64,000 bases of DNA from Octopus vulgaris (GCA_951406725.2 OX597815.1:37572001-37636000); one strand, 5' to 3'; positions 38,983 to 53,336 are shown, counted from the first letter of the stretch. The notes: generated by a model from the letters alone, not told the origin. Translations and numbers: made by a program.

Positions 38983-40174
38983 TTAGGTTGTTTCACATGA
39001 AATGTCGCATTTTTAATTACTTTTTATTTCAGTCATTTAAAAACTCAGTTACTTTCCCAACATTACTGGTTTACAAAATTTCTACCCACAGACCTTATGA
39101 GAATACTAACAACCAATCTATGTTGAATGATTTTCTCGTATGAGTACAAATTGGGTCACTCTGTCGCGGAAGATCTACGGAATATGAAGCAGGCCTTTGG
39201 CTTTTGTTGACATCAGAACTGTTCAGACATGGTTCCAAAGCTCTCGTTCAGGAGATGATAGCCTTTAAAATAAACCAAGGGGTAGGCCAAAATCAGTTAT
39301 TCGGCATGATGGATTAAATGCTTTGGTTGAACAAAATCCTAAGAACAAACGTTCGAAAAGTTGCATCAGAACCACAAACATCTCACGCAACTGTTTTTGG
39401 ACACCTGTAAAAAATTGGAAAAGTCAAGGAAACGGATAGCTTTGTTACTAAACGAGATTTAAAAAAAACTGACGCCTCGAGGTGTATCCCTTATTGCGTT
39501 CTCGACTGGAAAAAGAGTATTTTGCATCAAATCATTACTTGTGATGAGAAATGGATACTCTTTGACAACAGCAGGAGAACAGGAGTGTGATTAGATGCAA
39601 GAGAGTCACCTAAACATTACCCAAACCCAACATTGCACCTAAAAAGTTAGTGGTCACTGCATGGTGGTCTGTGAAGGGAGTTATTTATTATTCATTTTTG
39701 CAACAAGCAAAAAACGGTAACAGCAACATCGTGCTGCCAGGAAATTGACTGTACGCTTGAGAATTTGAAAAAGAAGCAACCCAGACTAATGAATAGAGAC
39801 GGCCCAGTTTTAATCCCCGACAATGCACGGACTCACACTCCTCAAGATACCGTCCAAAATTTGCAAACCCTCAATTATGAGATTTTACAACATCCTCCTT
39901 ATTCCCCTGATATCCCTCCTACTGATCATCACATATTTAAGCATTTTGAGCTTTTCATAAGCAATAAAACATTCTTAAATAGGGAAGAGGTAATTGAAGC
40001 ATTCGGACAGTTTATCACAGCAAAAGATGAATTCTTTTTTTTTTTTTAATGGCATATATGACATAGAGAAACATTGGGTAAACATCATAAATGAACATAA
40101 ATCAGTTTTCTATAACTTCTGAAACATTTTATTGTTGCCTTTTCAAATATGAAATGTTATGTGAAACAACCTAA
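38983..40174 (+). pseudogene. Degenerate mariner with intact TIRs
   Basis: TA-TTAGGTTGTTTCACAT ... ATGTGAAACAACCTAA-TA. TCDEKWILF, PDNARTH and HPPYSPDIPPTD motifs. Confidence 0.88.
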
Positions 40175-40184
40175 TACTTTTAAA

Positions 40185-40264
<80 letters not shown>

Positions 40265-40665
40265 TGTATGTATGTATGTATGTATGTATGTATTTATGTG
40301 TGCATGTATGTATGTATGTATGTATGTATGTATGTATGTGTCTGTGTGTGTGTGTATGTATGTATGTATGTATGTATGTATGTATGTATGTATGTATGTA
40401 TGTACGTATGTATGTGCATGTATATACATATGTATATGCACATTTATACGAATTTTTTTAAAACATGGAATATATATGACATAGAGAAACGTTGGGGAAA
40501 CGTCATAAATAAACATGGATCCTACTTTGATTGTATAAATCAGTTTTCTAACACTTCTGAAACATTTTATTGTTGAGTTTCAAATATGATATTTTATGTG
40601 AAACAACCTTATACTTTTAAACCAATTTTTAACTATATATACATATATATATATATATATATAAA

Positions 40666-40701
<36 letters not shown>

Positions 40702-40707
40702 TGTATG

Positions 40708-40741
<34 letters not shown>

Positions 40742-41190
40742 TGTATGTATGTATGTATGTATGTATGAATGTATGTATGTATGAATGTATGTGCATGTAT
40801 ATCTATGTATATGCACATTTATATATATAGATGTACATGTATATATGCATAAATACGTATATACATACATATATGTGCGTGTGTACGTGTATGAATCTCG
40901 CTCTCTGTCTTATACACACACACACAGACACACACACACATTGTTTCTTCACTATTTATTCACAGCATCCTAGCTATGCCGTGGCAACGTATTCCCGGTG
41001 TTTACTCGATTATTTCCACCACAATAATTTTCACTTGGTGCAAATATCAATTCATCAAATGACTGAGTTATCTGTCCTACATTAAGTAATAAAATACAAA
41101 TTTTGACACAAAGAAAAGCACACGCACATGCCATAACACACCCACATATGCATATGTACAAAATATTCATATGTATATAGACACATATTT

Positions 41191-41225
<35 letters not shown>

Positions 41226-41757
41226 GGATCCAAAAATTAAGGTATAGGAGGTTATTAATAAGCTTGGAGCAGTGAGGAGAAGATACAAAAAAAATACTTT
41301 CAGGGACAATAGTGGTTTATTGACGTAGATGGTAGTAAATGTGTACCATATCGAAGTTCGATAAGCTGAAAAATGTTATTTTTATAGTTTACGGTTATCA
41401 GCTGGAGTTGCTGTGTATGTAAATAGAAATCCCTAATAAGGGAATGGAGTAAATAGAATCCAGGCTACATGTGTTTCATAGGTAGAAGAACCTACGTATG
41501 GTAAGGAGTTTTTAGCCCGACGAGAAGCTAGCGGGTTGCCTTCGTTTGGGTAATTACTACTTCCGAGGTTCTGTTAGATATGAAGCATATGCAGCATGGA
41601 TTTTATCTACTCTATTCCTTAATTTTTTATGTATGTATGTATGTATGTATGTATGTATGTATGTATGTATGTATGTATGTATGTATGTATGTATGTATGT
41701 ATGTATGTATGTATGTATGTAGGTAGGTAGGTAGGTATGTATGTGTGTATGTATGTA

Positions 41758-41799
<42 letters not shown>

Positions 41800-41801
41800 C
41801 G

Positions 41802-41838
<37 letters not shown>

Positions 41839-42509
41839 ATATATATATATATTTATATATATATATATATATATATAACAAATTAAAAAAGGAAAACACT
41901 CATATTTTACATAGTTTTAATAAAATTTTTAATATATCGACCGGTTTCGCTTTCGCTATTCATATTATGGTTTGCTTATTTGAATATGTATTTTCTTAAG
42001 AAAAAATTTTGTCCATGTTGTGTGTGATGATATTTACTAGTGAATGACTGCACAAGTATAAAAATAAGCGGAGGTAATTGGTTATCGTTATTATTGTTAT
42101 TGGTGTGGGCAAGGGAGATAACTGTTCAGCTGGTTCATGGTTCAAAAGGTTGCTTATTTTTTACTCAACCTGATATATATATATATTCACGTATTTAAGA
42201 AGTTCCCTTTACAAACTCTCATCTCCGGGTTCAATTTCACTGAGTTACAGTGTTGGTGAGTACCTTCAATTGAAATATTCGTTGCCCAATATCTTATGAG
42301 TTTGAATTTGTTTAATGGAAATAACGAAACACATTTATACACATTTATACACAGCTGAACAGTTATCTCCCTTGCCCACAACAATAACAATAATAACAGT
42401 AACCAATTACATCCCCTTATTTTTCTACTTGTGCAGTCAATCACTCGTAAATATCATCACACAAAACATGGACAAAAGTTCTTAAGAAAACACACTTTCA
42501 AATAAGCAA

Positions 42510-42730
42510 AATACTTTCTCAAATAGCGTAAGCTGAAAATTGAAACTGTTGCTAAGAATGCGTTCAAAGAGTTCGTTAGCTTCAGCACTCCAGATTTTAT
42601 GTTACCGGAATTAACAACCTTATAACTCGTTGTAAAAAATGTGTTGATCGAATTGATTCCCGCATTACAGAAATATATTGTAATAAGTTTCATGTTTCAA
42701 AAGTTTGCTTACTGTTTACTCAGCCTGATA
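42510..42730 (+). pseudogene. 3' end of another mariner
   Basis: AKNAFKEFVS..TGINNLITRCKKCVD-like C-terminus, then TIR-like TTGCTTACTGTTTACTCAGCCTGATA. Confidence 0.6.
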
Positions 42731-42842
42731 TATATATATATATTCATAGAGAGAGTTTACGAAAAAAAACAACAAAAGACGAAGACAGGTGGTGTACAAA
42801 ACAAACAGGTATATTAGTATAACGCTCAAGAATAGTAAAAGT

Positions 42843-42879
42843 ATATTACGTTTCGAGCCTACGCTCTTCTACAGAAAGG
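42843..42879 (-). ncRNA. Hammerhead-like motif, A6U variant
   Basis: cttt-CTGTAGA-a-gagc gtag gctc-GAAA-cg-TA. Helix I is decayed. Confidence 0.5.
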
Positions 42880-42901
42880 GACACAGAAAAAAAACAAGGA
42901 G

Positions 42902-42942
<41 letters not shown>

Positions 42943-42964
42943 GGTAATATATATATATAAGAAG

Positions 42965-43003
<39 letters not shown>

Positions 43004-43080
43004 GGTAATATATATAAATAAAATTCTATCTATTTGTCTGTCTGTTTGCCTGTCTGTCTGTGTGCCTGTCTGTTTGTGTG

Positions 43081-43121
<41 letters not shown>

Positions 43122-43187
43122 ATCTATCTATCTATGTGTGTGCATGTGTATGTGAGTGTGTTTACTCAAGAATGAAGATAGTGCATA

Positions 43188-43545
43188 GGCGCAGGAGTGG
43201 CAATGTGGTAAGTAGCTTGCTTACCAACCACATGGTTTCGGGTTCATTACCACTACGTGGTACCTTGGGCAAGTGTCTTCTACTATAGCCTCGGGCCGAC
43301 CAACGCCTTGTGAGTGGACTTGGTAGACGGAAACTGAAAGAAGCCCGTCATATATATGAATATATATATGTGCGTATGTATATGTTTGTTCGTTTGTTTA
43401 CGTCCCCGTAACCTAGCGGTTCGGCAAAAGAGACTGATAGAATAAGTCTTGAATAAGCCCAAAGAATAAGTCCTGGGGTCGATTTCCTCGGCTAAAGGCG
43501 GTGCTTCAGCATGGCCGCAGTCAAATGAATGAAACAAGTAAAAGA
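43188..43545 (+). mobile_element. Family B SINE
   Basis: Aligns with the 22572 copy. Confidence 0.86.
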
Positions 43546-44466
43546 AGCGTCTGGAAGTGGTGCGCTGGAGCAGTTATAGAAGAGCATGAACAATAAGCAG
43601 AACGAGTAATGTAGACAATAAGAATAAGGAAAAAAAGCAGCAGAGAAAGGAAAATTTATTAGGATTTAATGTTTATTATTGAAAGGAGTGGTCGTAAGCT
43701 ATTTCTACGATACAAAAAAACAATTCAACAGTACATTGAATTAAACGGCGTGTGGAGTGTAATGCTGTACAGTACGGACTAGAATATGCATCGTAAGTAA
43801 AACAATACAAGAAATATAGATTCATAACCTAACTTAGTTTTAACCTCCATCTATTCACATTCATATAAAAGGCAACAGAAAACACCAACCACGCAACCGT
43901 TTAAGTCGTTTTTCGATTTATTTTACCTTTCACAGTACTAATGGCTTTATACATCTATTACAATGCCATATATTTGTTTTTAACACAATCCATTTGTTGC
44001 TATGACAGGAAGTAATTCCATGGCATAGGTGTTACCGTGGTGGCGGTGGTACTGGTGGGCTTGTTTACAAGAACTTTTGGAAAATAGTTCTACAGCTTTT
44101 TGCTTTATTGCTTTATTCTCTCTCCAGACAATTTCTTTTTCTATTTCCCTTGTTTCTGACTAAAGATTTTCAGCACATGTGATTTGTGCGTGTGCGTAGG
44201 CGTGTGTTTGTGTATGTATGTATGTATGTATGTATGTATGTATGTATGTATGTATGTATGTATGTATGTATGTATGTATGTGTGTATGTGTGTATGTATG
44301 TATGTATGTGTGTATGTATGTATGTATGTATGTGCGCGTGCGAGAAAGAGAGACAGTATTTTCAACAGGTCAACAGGTGACATATACTTTATATATATAT
44401 ATATGTGTGGGGGTATGTGTGTATGTGTGTGTTCGTATGTATGACGTGTGTATGCGGGGATTAACA

Positions 44467-44564
<98 letters not shown>

Positions 44565-44634
44565 ATATATGTATATACAAGATGTATATGTACGTGTATG
44601 CGAATCTATATATGCACGTATACATATATATATA

Positions 44635-44860
44635 GGCGGCCAGCTGGCAGAAACGTTAGCGCGCCGGGCGAAATGCGTAGCCGTATTTCATCTGTCGTTA
44701 CGTTCCGAGTTCAAAGTCCACCGAAGTCGACTTTGCCTTTCATCCATTCGGGGTCGATAAATTAAGTACCAGTTACGCACTGGGATCGATGTAATCGACT
44801 TAATCCGTTTGTCTGTCCTTGTTTGTCCCCTCTGTGTTTAGCTCCTTGTGGGTAGTAAAG

Positions 44861-44863
<3 letters not shown>
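44635..44863 (+). mobile_element. SINE family D
   Basis: GGCGGCCAGCTGGCAGAAACGTTAGC head. Reverse complement of 37930-38160. Confidence 0.82.
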
Positions 44864-44920
<57 letters not shown>

Positions 44921-45274
44921 CCATCTCTATGTATATGATATAGAAAGGGTCACAATCCAAGCACATTAGCAAGTTCCAGTAAACAAAGTTTGTATAGATG
45001 TACTTTAAATGAGATATATATTCGAGTCGAAATCTGTTGTAAATCATATTTGCAAAGTGAGTGTATATTAAAACAAGAGTGGAAGAGTTAGTACTACTTT
45101 AATTCCATGTTACAGGTGCTTCATTACCGGATTGGATTTACAATGTATATTCATATAGAGAATATGTATTTATTTTCAGATAAAGACCAAATTCCTCCGA
45201 CCAAATTTTCCACTCTTAGTTTTAATATATATATATATATATACGCGAGAATGAAGCAACAAGAATGGATAGGT

Positions 45275-45365
45275 TTTTAGTACAATCGTTTCATACAAGG
45301 ACAGGTTTTATTAAAAGTTGCAAAAATTACAGCATATAAACGTGTCCCGTACTCATCAGCTAAAA
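45275..45365 (-). ncRNA. PLE hammerhead ribozyme (long helix II)
   Basis: ttttag-CTGATGA-gtacgggaca..tgtccttgtat-GAAA-cgattg-TA-ctaaaa. Confidence 0.85.
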
Positions 45366-46884
45366 TACATGTGAGTTCTCTAGACATCCTAGTGGTTGAG
45401 GCTATACTCATGAAGTAATGTAGATAATTAAGTAACATAAACAGATTTCAAAAGTTCATTAAAGTTCTTTAAAGATGATGTACAGTCTTATCATAGAATT
45501 TTAAAAAAGTCTTAATAGCATCACAGAGAAGGTGACCCAATCCATAGTGCACATATGAATTTCCAGAGATATGATGAGGGATTACATACTCACAGAAGGC
45601 AAATTTATCCATTGTTAATTACAACGAGGCGGGTTTCAATTCCTGCTTATTAGCATTACAGAGAGGGTGAATTAATCCTTTGTATAGATGCACAATTTCC
45701 AATGGTGTAGGTGTAAATTTCCAAGGAATTTCATATTCACAGGCGATAAATTTATCAATGGTTGAACACAATGAGGTAGGTATCAATTCTTGCTATATGA
45801 TTAGGTATTTGCCACATTAATCACATTACTGCTATTTACAAGAGGCTGTAGCTATTTAACTTTTAAAGGCTGAAGGGCTTACTAGAGCTGTATAGAATAG
45901 AAAAGGGAGGGGCATAGAAGAAAAGAGAGAAAATAAAAGAAAGAAAATAAAAGAGGAGGGGGCAAAAAGGGGGACTCAAAGAGAAGAGAAAAGGAAAAAG
46001 AGAATAAGAAGAAGAAAAAAAAGAGAAAAGAGAAAGAAAAAGAAAAGGAATAGGGAAGGAAGGGAAAAAAGAAAAAGAAAAAGAAGAAAAAAAAAAAAAA
46101 AAGAAAAAAGAAGAAAGAAGAAAGAAAAAGATAAAAAGGGTTCTAGTTATACAGAAGAATTAGTAGACGACAAGTCTGGTTTTAGTTTACAGGCATCTAG
46201 GAATTAGAGGAGAATATTATTCTTTGACCAGTTAAAATAGCTAATTTATTGCTGTTGAAATCAGCTATGAATTTAAAGAGAATCTAAAGAGATAACACAG
46301 TTAGGGGTTTCGGGGTCAGATGCTAAAATCACCAGAAAATACATTAGGGAAAACTAGGTATAATCTTATCAAAAAGTCATTAAAATTTACTTACTTATTT
46401 ATTCATTTTATTGTCTTAAGGAGTTGCCGTTATTATTCATACATTTACGGACTACAGGTCAAATCTTAGAAGATCATTCAAAAGGTGTTAGGGGATTGTC
46501 TATCATAATGAAGATAATCATATTATCACCGAGGGAATAGTCTCATTTATTTAATTTTGAAATAGAACAATGGGTCTATAGTAACTCATTTTAATTAATT
46601 AGAGTTATGCTAATTAAATTAGATTAAGTTAGGAACTAAAATTAAAAATTACAATTAAGATTTAAAATTAAGAATTTAAAAAATTTAAAAATTGTGAGTT
46701 TGAAATTAAATAAAGCCTCAATTAAGCGGTGAATAAGTGCTATTCATTTCCCTGTTCTCAAAAAACTGATGTAGATATAGGAAAAAGATAACTGTAGTGT
46801 GAGAACTCTTAGTTATCTACTTAAAGCAGTGCTATACCAGTAGAAATCAGGTTATATCTATCTATCTAGTTACGAATATTCTAA

Positions 46885-47762
46885 TCATTTAAAATATTTT
46901 AAAGTCTTCAATTTAGCGTGGACACAAACTTGACCTAGTTCGATATGGTTATTCAATAGGTTTCTATGTTTTCTATGCTTTAGAATTTCATATGTCTCCA
47001 TGGAGCATAGTTGGCAACCAACCCTACTATTTTTATACGGAATTGCTCTCCTAACTATTTCCCAATTAAGGTTATAATTTTTATTATTATTTTTGAGTTC
47101 CCAGATTTTGTTTGAAAGTGTGGTGGTACCAGCTTTATGACGTAATTTAAAAGTCGAGATGTGATTTCTAACTCTAGCTAAAAAATTTATTGTACATCCA
47201 AGGTAATAATATTTGTTATTCTCCGTGGATATGGTACATTTATAGATTACATTATTTTCTCCACATAGACCAGGTGCCGGGCATTTTGATTTTATTCTAC
47301 ACTTACACACAGGAGGAATACCTTCAGGCTTTGGATTATTCTTGGGTAGATGTTTTAGGTTCCTGTTATTTTGATTATCATTTCTATAGTTGGTGCTGAT
47401 ATCTAAAGTATTGCTATTATTTCTTGATCCTTCTGTTTCATTATTTAGATCTAAAGTCCTACCATGATTTCTTATATTATTGGTAATGTTAATATTATTG
47501 CTAGTCTTTTTATCCGACTGCATATTGTTGTTATAGATATCACTAATATTTTCATTCTCCTTATTTTCTCTATTTTCCCTATTTCTATTATTTTTATTAT
47601 TAACATTATTACTTCTACTAATATCGGCATTGTTATTATTACTATTAATGTTAATGTTATTAGTCATTCTGTGGTTACTAATTTCACCTATGTTTTGATA
47701 GTTACTATTGCTGCTTTTATTGTTGGTAGTATTATTACAATTGCTATTGGTCTTCATGCCGA

Positions 47763-47793
<31 letters not shown>

Positions 47794-49749
47794 TATATTT
47801 CTATCTTTCCTGGCTAGTTTAATGTTGTTATTATTAATCTTAGCTATTAAAGTGGACATATTTGGGAGGGTTGAATAAGAAATCCTAACTGTTTTCCTAG
47901 AAATAATTCTATGATATCTATGAGAGATAGGGAAATTTTTTTCCAGAATCACTTTGAATTTGTTCTGTATATCTGATTGTATCGCACAGTTGAAAGGAAT
48001 ATTCAGCCATAATATATCTTTTTTATTAAATTTAGGGTTCGTAGAATTATTACTATTCATCTCACCGGAGTTATTGTATTTATTACCATTATTTTTATTT
48101 TTATTTGTGTGCATCTTAGGTTTATCTACTTCAATACTATCCGAGTTACCTATGTTCTGGTCAATGTTTCTATTTGAATTGTTGGGCCTGTACGCTAGAC
48201 TAGCGTTTACCGTTAGTTTAATTCTACTTTTATTTCGGGCTTGGTCTTTATTGTTGCTTACGTGATTATTGATAACTCCATTATTAGGAATACTTGAGTT
48301 CCCCTTATCAACGAATGTAATCTTTTGGTTGTATCCAGCCTTAGTTAACGCCGCATTATAATGCTCAGAATGGGAGTTAAAAATATCCCTATTGGATGAT
48401 AATTTTGAAATTCTTAATGAAATATTTCTTACTAAAGATTCTATAATATTTGGGGGATGATTTGATAATTTATTTACGTAATTCGTGATTTCACCTTCCT
48501 TTCTAAATGGGTAATGTAGTTTGGAGTTAAGGTCTAGCGTAGTATCTAGGAAATTAACTATTTTAGTGCCCGGTTCATACGTTATACTGAGGTTGAAATC
48601 CCTAAAGAACTTATTAATTTTCTTTCTAATCCTTTCTATAACAGATTTATTATTACTAGGGATAACAAACAGAGCATCATCCCTATATAGACCCCCCTGT
48701 AATTCTGGGATATCCTTGCTTATGCATTTTAATAGATATGCGCCCACTAGGTTGGTTACCTCAGCCGAATCACTGGAACCCATTGGTATATCAAAAAAAT
48801 TTGGTGTATCCGCTCTAGTCCATAATTTATCTTCAAATTCTATAAATGTCTTCCTAGCTAGTAGCACAATATTGATTTCTTCTCTAGATATTAGGGAGCG
48901 ATTCATGGCAAATATTAGTGATTTGTTGAGTAAGATAGGGGAAATGCTAGAGTAATAACTATTAATATCGAACTGGATAAAGGACAGACTACTAGTATTA
49001 GTTAGAGAGTTAAACCATTTTAGAACTTCATCGGTACTTAGCCATAGGTTTAAGGGGAGAAGAGGGGTTATTTGGGGTAGAACAGTATCCAAGATAGATT
49101 TACTAAGTCGGCCAATGTCCGACCTAGTTGGACAGATCAGCCTTACCGAAGGGTTTTCTAGGAAGTTCTTTTTGTGGTCTTTAAGGTTGATCCTGGGCTC
49201 ACACGGTTTAAGTGGCTCCGTTCTATCCGTTAAATTTAGCTTTTCCATGATCTCTTTCATTTCCATGTTTACCTTTTTCAAATTAATCCTAGTCGTAATT
49301 TTATATTTGGAGTTTAGTTCTTTCCTTATTAATTTGCTATAAATATCGTAATCAACTCTATACATATTACCCGTTTTATCTGCTGGTACTAGGATTCCAT
49401 GTTTGCACCGGGTTGACTGAATAAAGTTCCTAAGGTGTCTAAGGTGAGGGTTATACCTTAACGGGTGTTCCTTGAAGCTAATATCATCTATAAGATTCAG
49501 CAAGTCTTTCTCAAAATTCTCCAGGAATGGGTTCTGAGGTGGGCTTTTTCTACTTTTAAAAATTCTTCTAAAATTCATTTCGGTATTCCTTTCCTGTGGT
49601 TTCTTCTTCTGTTTGACATCAAAATGGTACGTTTTCCACCTGATTCTTCTGATGAAATCGTTAATCCTATGAATGAGAAGCCAATTATACTCATCTATAC
49701 TATGTAAGGGGATGTCTTTAGGGGAGAACTCAATGTTTACTTTTTCCAT
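46885..49749 (-). CDS. PLE protein: RT, Asn-rich linker, Cys motif and C-terminal GIY-YIG endonuclease (Nematis-like by inference)
   Basis: ADKTGN, FDINSYYSSI, IPMGS, LYRDDAL, FLDTTL, CKCR..CP..GLC, VIYKC..YYLGCT..R..NH and CQLC..E. First ATG at 49749; the track's TTG start is at 49824. Confidence 0.93.
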
Positions 49750-49952
49750 TCTTGTTGAGAAATTAAGTACCAGAAAAACATACAGACTGTATGGGAATAT
49801 ATTCAAAAAGCAATAAAGATTCAAGTTAATTTAAATGAATTTACTTGAATATGGTACCTAACTTAGATGCACCAAAAAAAACTATACTGATTTAACAATA
49901 CAGTAATGTGGGGTGATTATAAGCGAGAATGAAGCAACAAGAATGGATAGGT

Positions 49953-50043
49953 TTTTAGTACAATCGTTTCATACAAGGACAGGTTTTATTAAAAGTTGCA
50001 AAAATTACAGCATATAAACGTGTCCCGTACTCATCAGCTAAAA
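49953..50043 (-). ncRNA. PLE hammerhead ribozyme (long helix II)
   Basis: Same sequence as 45275-45365. Confidence 0.85.
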
Positions 50044-50859
50044 TACATGTGAGTTCTCTAGACATCCTAGTGGTTGAGGCTATACTCATGAAGTAATGTA
50101 GATAATTAAGTAACATAAACAGATTTCAAAAGTTCATTAAAGTTCTTTAAAGATGATGTTTCTTTAAAGATGATATTCCTTTTCTTTTTCTTTCTCTTTT
50201 CTCTTTTTTTTCTTCTTCTTATTCTCTTTTTCCTTTTCTCTTCTCTTTGAGTCCCCCTTTTTGCCCCCTCCTCTTTTATTTTCTTTCTTTTATTTTCTCT
50301 CTTTTCTTCTATGCCCCTCCCTTTTCTATTCTATACAGCTCTAGTAAGCCCTTCAGCCTTTAAAAGTTAAATAGCTACAGCCTCTTGTAAATAGCAGTAA
50401 TGTGATTAATGTGGCAAATACCTAATCATATAGCAAGAATTGATACCTACCTCATTGTGTTCAACCATTGATAAATTTATCGCCTGTGAATATGAAATTC
50501 CTTGGAAATTTACACCTACACCATTGGAAATTGTGCATCTATACAAAGGATTAATTCACCCTCTCTGTAATGCTAATAAGCAGGAATTGAAACCCGCCTC
50601 GTTGTAATTAACAATGGATAAATTTGCCTTCTGTGAGTATGTAATCCCTCATCATATCTCTGGAAATTCATATGTGCACTATGGATTGGGTCACCTTCTC
50701 TGTGATGCTATTAAGACTTTTTAAAATTCTATGATAAGACTGTACATCATCTTTAAAGAACTTTAATGAACTTTTGAAATCTGTTTATGTTACTTAATTA
50801 TCTACATTACTTCATGAGTATAGCCTCAACCACTAGGATGTCTAGAGAACTCACATGTA

Positions 50860-50950
50860 TTTTAGCTGATGAGTACGGGACACGTTTATATGCTGTAATT
50901 TTTGCAACTTTTAATAAAACCTGTCCTTGTATGAAACGATTGTACTAAAA
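50860..50950 (+). ncRNA. PLE hammerhead ribozyme (long helix II)
   Basis: Same motif, with CTGATGA at 50866. Confidence 0.85.
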
Positions 50951-51153
50951 ACCTATCCATTCTTGTTGCTTCATTCTCGCTTATAATCACCCCACATTAC
51001 TGTATTGTTAAATCAGTATAGTTTTTTTTGGTGCATCTAAGTTAGGTACCATATTCAAGTAAATTCATTTAAATTAACTTGAATCTTTATTGCTTTTTGA
51101 ATATATTCCCATACAGTCTGTATGTTTTTCTGGTACTTAATTTCTCAACAAGA

Positions 51154-53108
51154 ATGGAAAAAGTAAACATTGAGTTCTCCCCTAAAGACATCCCCTTACA
51201 TAGTATAGATGAGTATAATTGGCTTCTCATTCATAGGATTAACGATTTCATCAGAAGAATCAGGTGGAAAACGTACCATTTTGATGTCAAACAGAAGAAG
51301 AAACCACAGGAAAGGAATACCGAAATGAATTTTAGAAGAATTTTTAAAAGTAGAAAAAGCCCACCTCAGAACCCATTCCTGGAGAATTTTGAGAAAGACT
51401 TGCTGAATCTTATAGATGATATTAGCTTCAAGGAACACCCGTTAAGGTATAACCCTCACCTTAGACACCTTAGGAACTTTATTCAGTCAACCCGGTGCAA
51501 ACATGGAATCCTAGTACCAGCAGATAAAACGGGTAATATGTATAGAGTTGATTACGATATTTATAGCAAATTAATAAGGAAAGAACTAAACTCCAAATAT
51601 AAAATTACGACTAGGATTAATTTGAAAAAGGTAAACATGGAAATGAAAGAGATCATGGAAAAGCTAAATTTAACGGATAGAACGGAGCCACTTAAACCGT
51701 GTGAGCCCAGGATCAACCTTAAAGACCACAAAAAGAACTTCCTAGAAAACCCTTCGGTAAGGCTGATCTGTCCAACTAGGTCGGACATTGGCCGACTTAG
51801 TAAATCTATCTTGGATACTGTTCTACCCCAAATAACCCCTCTTCTCCCCTTAAACCTATGGCTAAGTACCGATGAAGTTCTAAAATGGTTTAACTCTCTA
51901 ACTAATACTAGTAGTCTGTCCTTTATCCAGTTCGATATTAATAGTTATTACTCTAGCATTTCCCCTATCTTACTCAACAAATCACTAATATTTGCCATGA
52001 ATCGCTCCCTAATATCTAGAGAAGAAATCAATATTGTGCTACTAGCTAGGAAGATATTTATAGAATTTGAAGATAAATTATGGACTAGAGCGGATACACC
52101 AAATTTTTTTGATATACCAATGGGTTCCAGTGATTCGGCTGAGGTAACCAACATAGTGGGCGCATATCTATTAAAATGCATAAGCAAGGATATCCCAGAA
52201 TTACAGGGGGGTCTATATAGGGATGATGCTCTGTTTGTTATCCCTAGTAATAATAAATCTGTTATAGAAAGGATTAGAAAGAAAATTAATAAGTTCTTTA
52301 GGGATTTCAACCTCAGTATAACGTATGAACCGGGCACTAAAATAGTTAATTTCCTAGATACTACGCTAGACCTTAACTCCAAACTACATTACCCATTTAG
52401 AAAGGAAGGTGAAATCACGAATTACGTAAATAAATTATCAAATCATCCCCCAAATATTATAGAATCTTTAGTAAGAAATATTTCATTAAGAATTTCAAAA
52501 TTATCATCCAATAGGGATATTTTTAACTCCCATTCTGAGCATTATAATGCGGCGTTAACTAAGGCTGGATACAACCAAAAGATTACATTCGTTGATAAGG
52601 GGAACTCAAGTATTCCTAATAATGGAGTTATCAATAATCACGTAAGCAACAATAAAGACCAAGCCCGAAATAAAAGTAGAATTAAACTAACGGTAAACGC
52701 TAGTCTAGCGTACAGGCCCAACAATTCAAATAGAAACATTGACCAGAACATAGGTAACTCGGATAGTATTGAAGTAGATAAACCTAAGATGCACACAAAT
52801 AAAAATAAAAATAATGGTAATAAATACAATAACTCCGGTGAGATGAATAGTAATAATTCTACGAACCCTAAATTTAATAAAAAAGATATATTATGGCTGA
52901 ATATTCCTTTCAACTGTGCGATACAATCAGATATACAGAACAAATTCAAAGTGATTCTGGAAAAAATTTCCCTATCTCTCATAGATATCATAGAATTATT
53001 TCTAGGAAAACAGTTAGGATTTCTTATTCAACCCTCCCAAATATGTCCACTTTAATAGCTAAGATTAATAATAACAACATTAAACTAGCCAGGAAAGATA
53101 GAAATATA

Positions 53109-53139
<31 letters not shown>

Positions 53140-53302
53140 TCGGCATGAAGACCAATAGCAATTGTAATAATACTACCAACAATAAAAGCAGCAATAGTAA
53201 CTATCAAAACATAGGTGAAATTAAACCCTCCCAAATATGTCCACTTTAATAGCTAAGATTAATAATAACAACATTAAACTAGCCAGGAAAGATAGAAATA
53301 TA

Positions 53303-53336
<34 letters not shown>

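Larger units (their letters stand above)
45245..50159 (-). mobile_element. Full-length Penelope-like element, left copy, with 237-bp pseudo-LTR
   Basis: 49923-50159 repeats 45245-45481. Intact RT + GIY-YIG ORF. An HHR lies in each repeat. Confidence 0.94.

Noticed and set aside
41441-41618. Possible hammerhead (minus strand GAAA-cacatg-TA) within a short imperfect inverted repeat
   Set aside because: No CUGANGA at a compatible position.
49750-49824. TTG-initiated N-terminal extension of the PLE ORF
   Set aside because: A non-ATG start is unlikely here. The conserved-looking sequence begins at Met 49749. A 5' intron is possible but unsupported.
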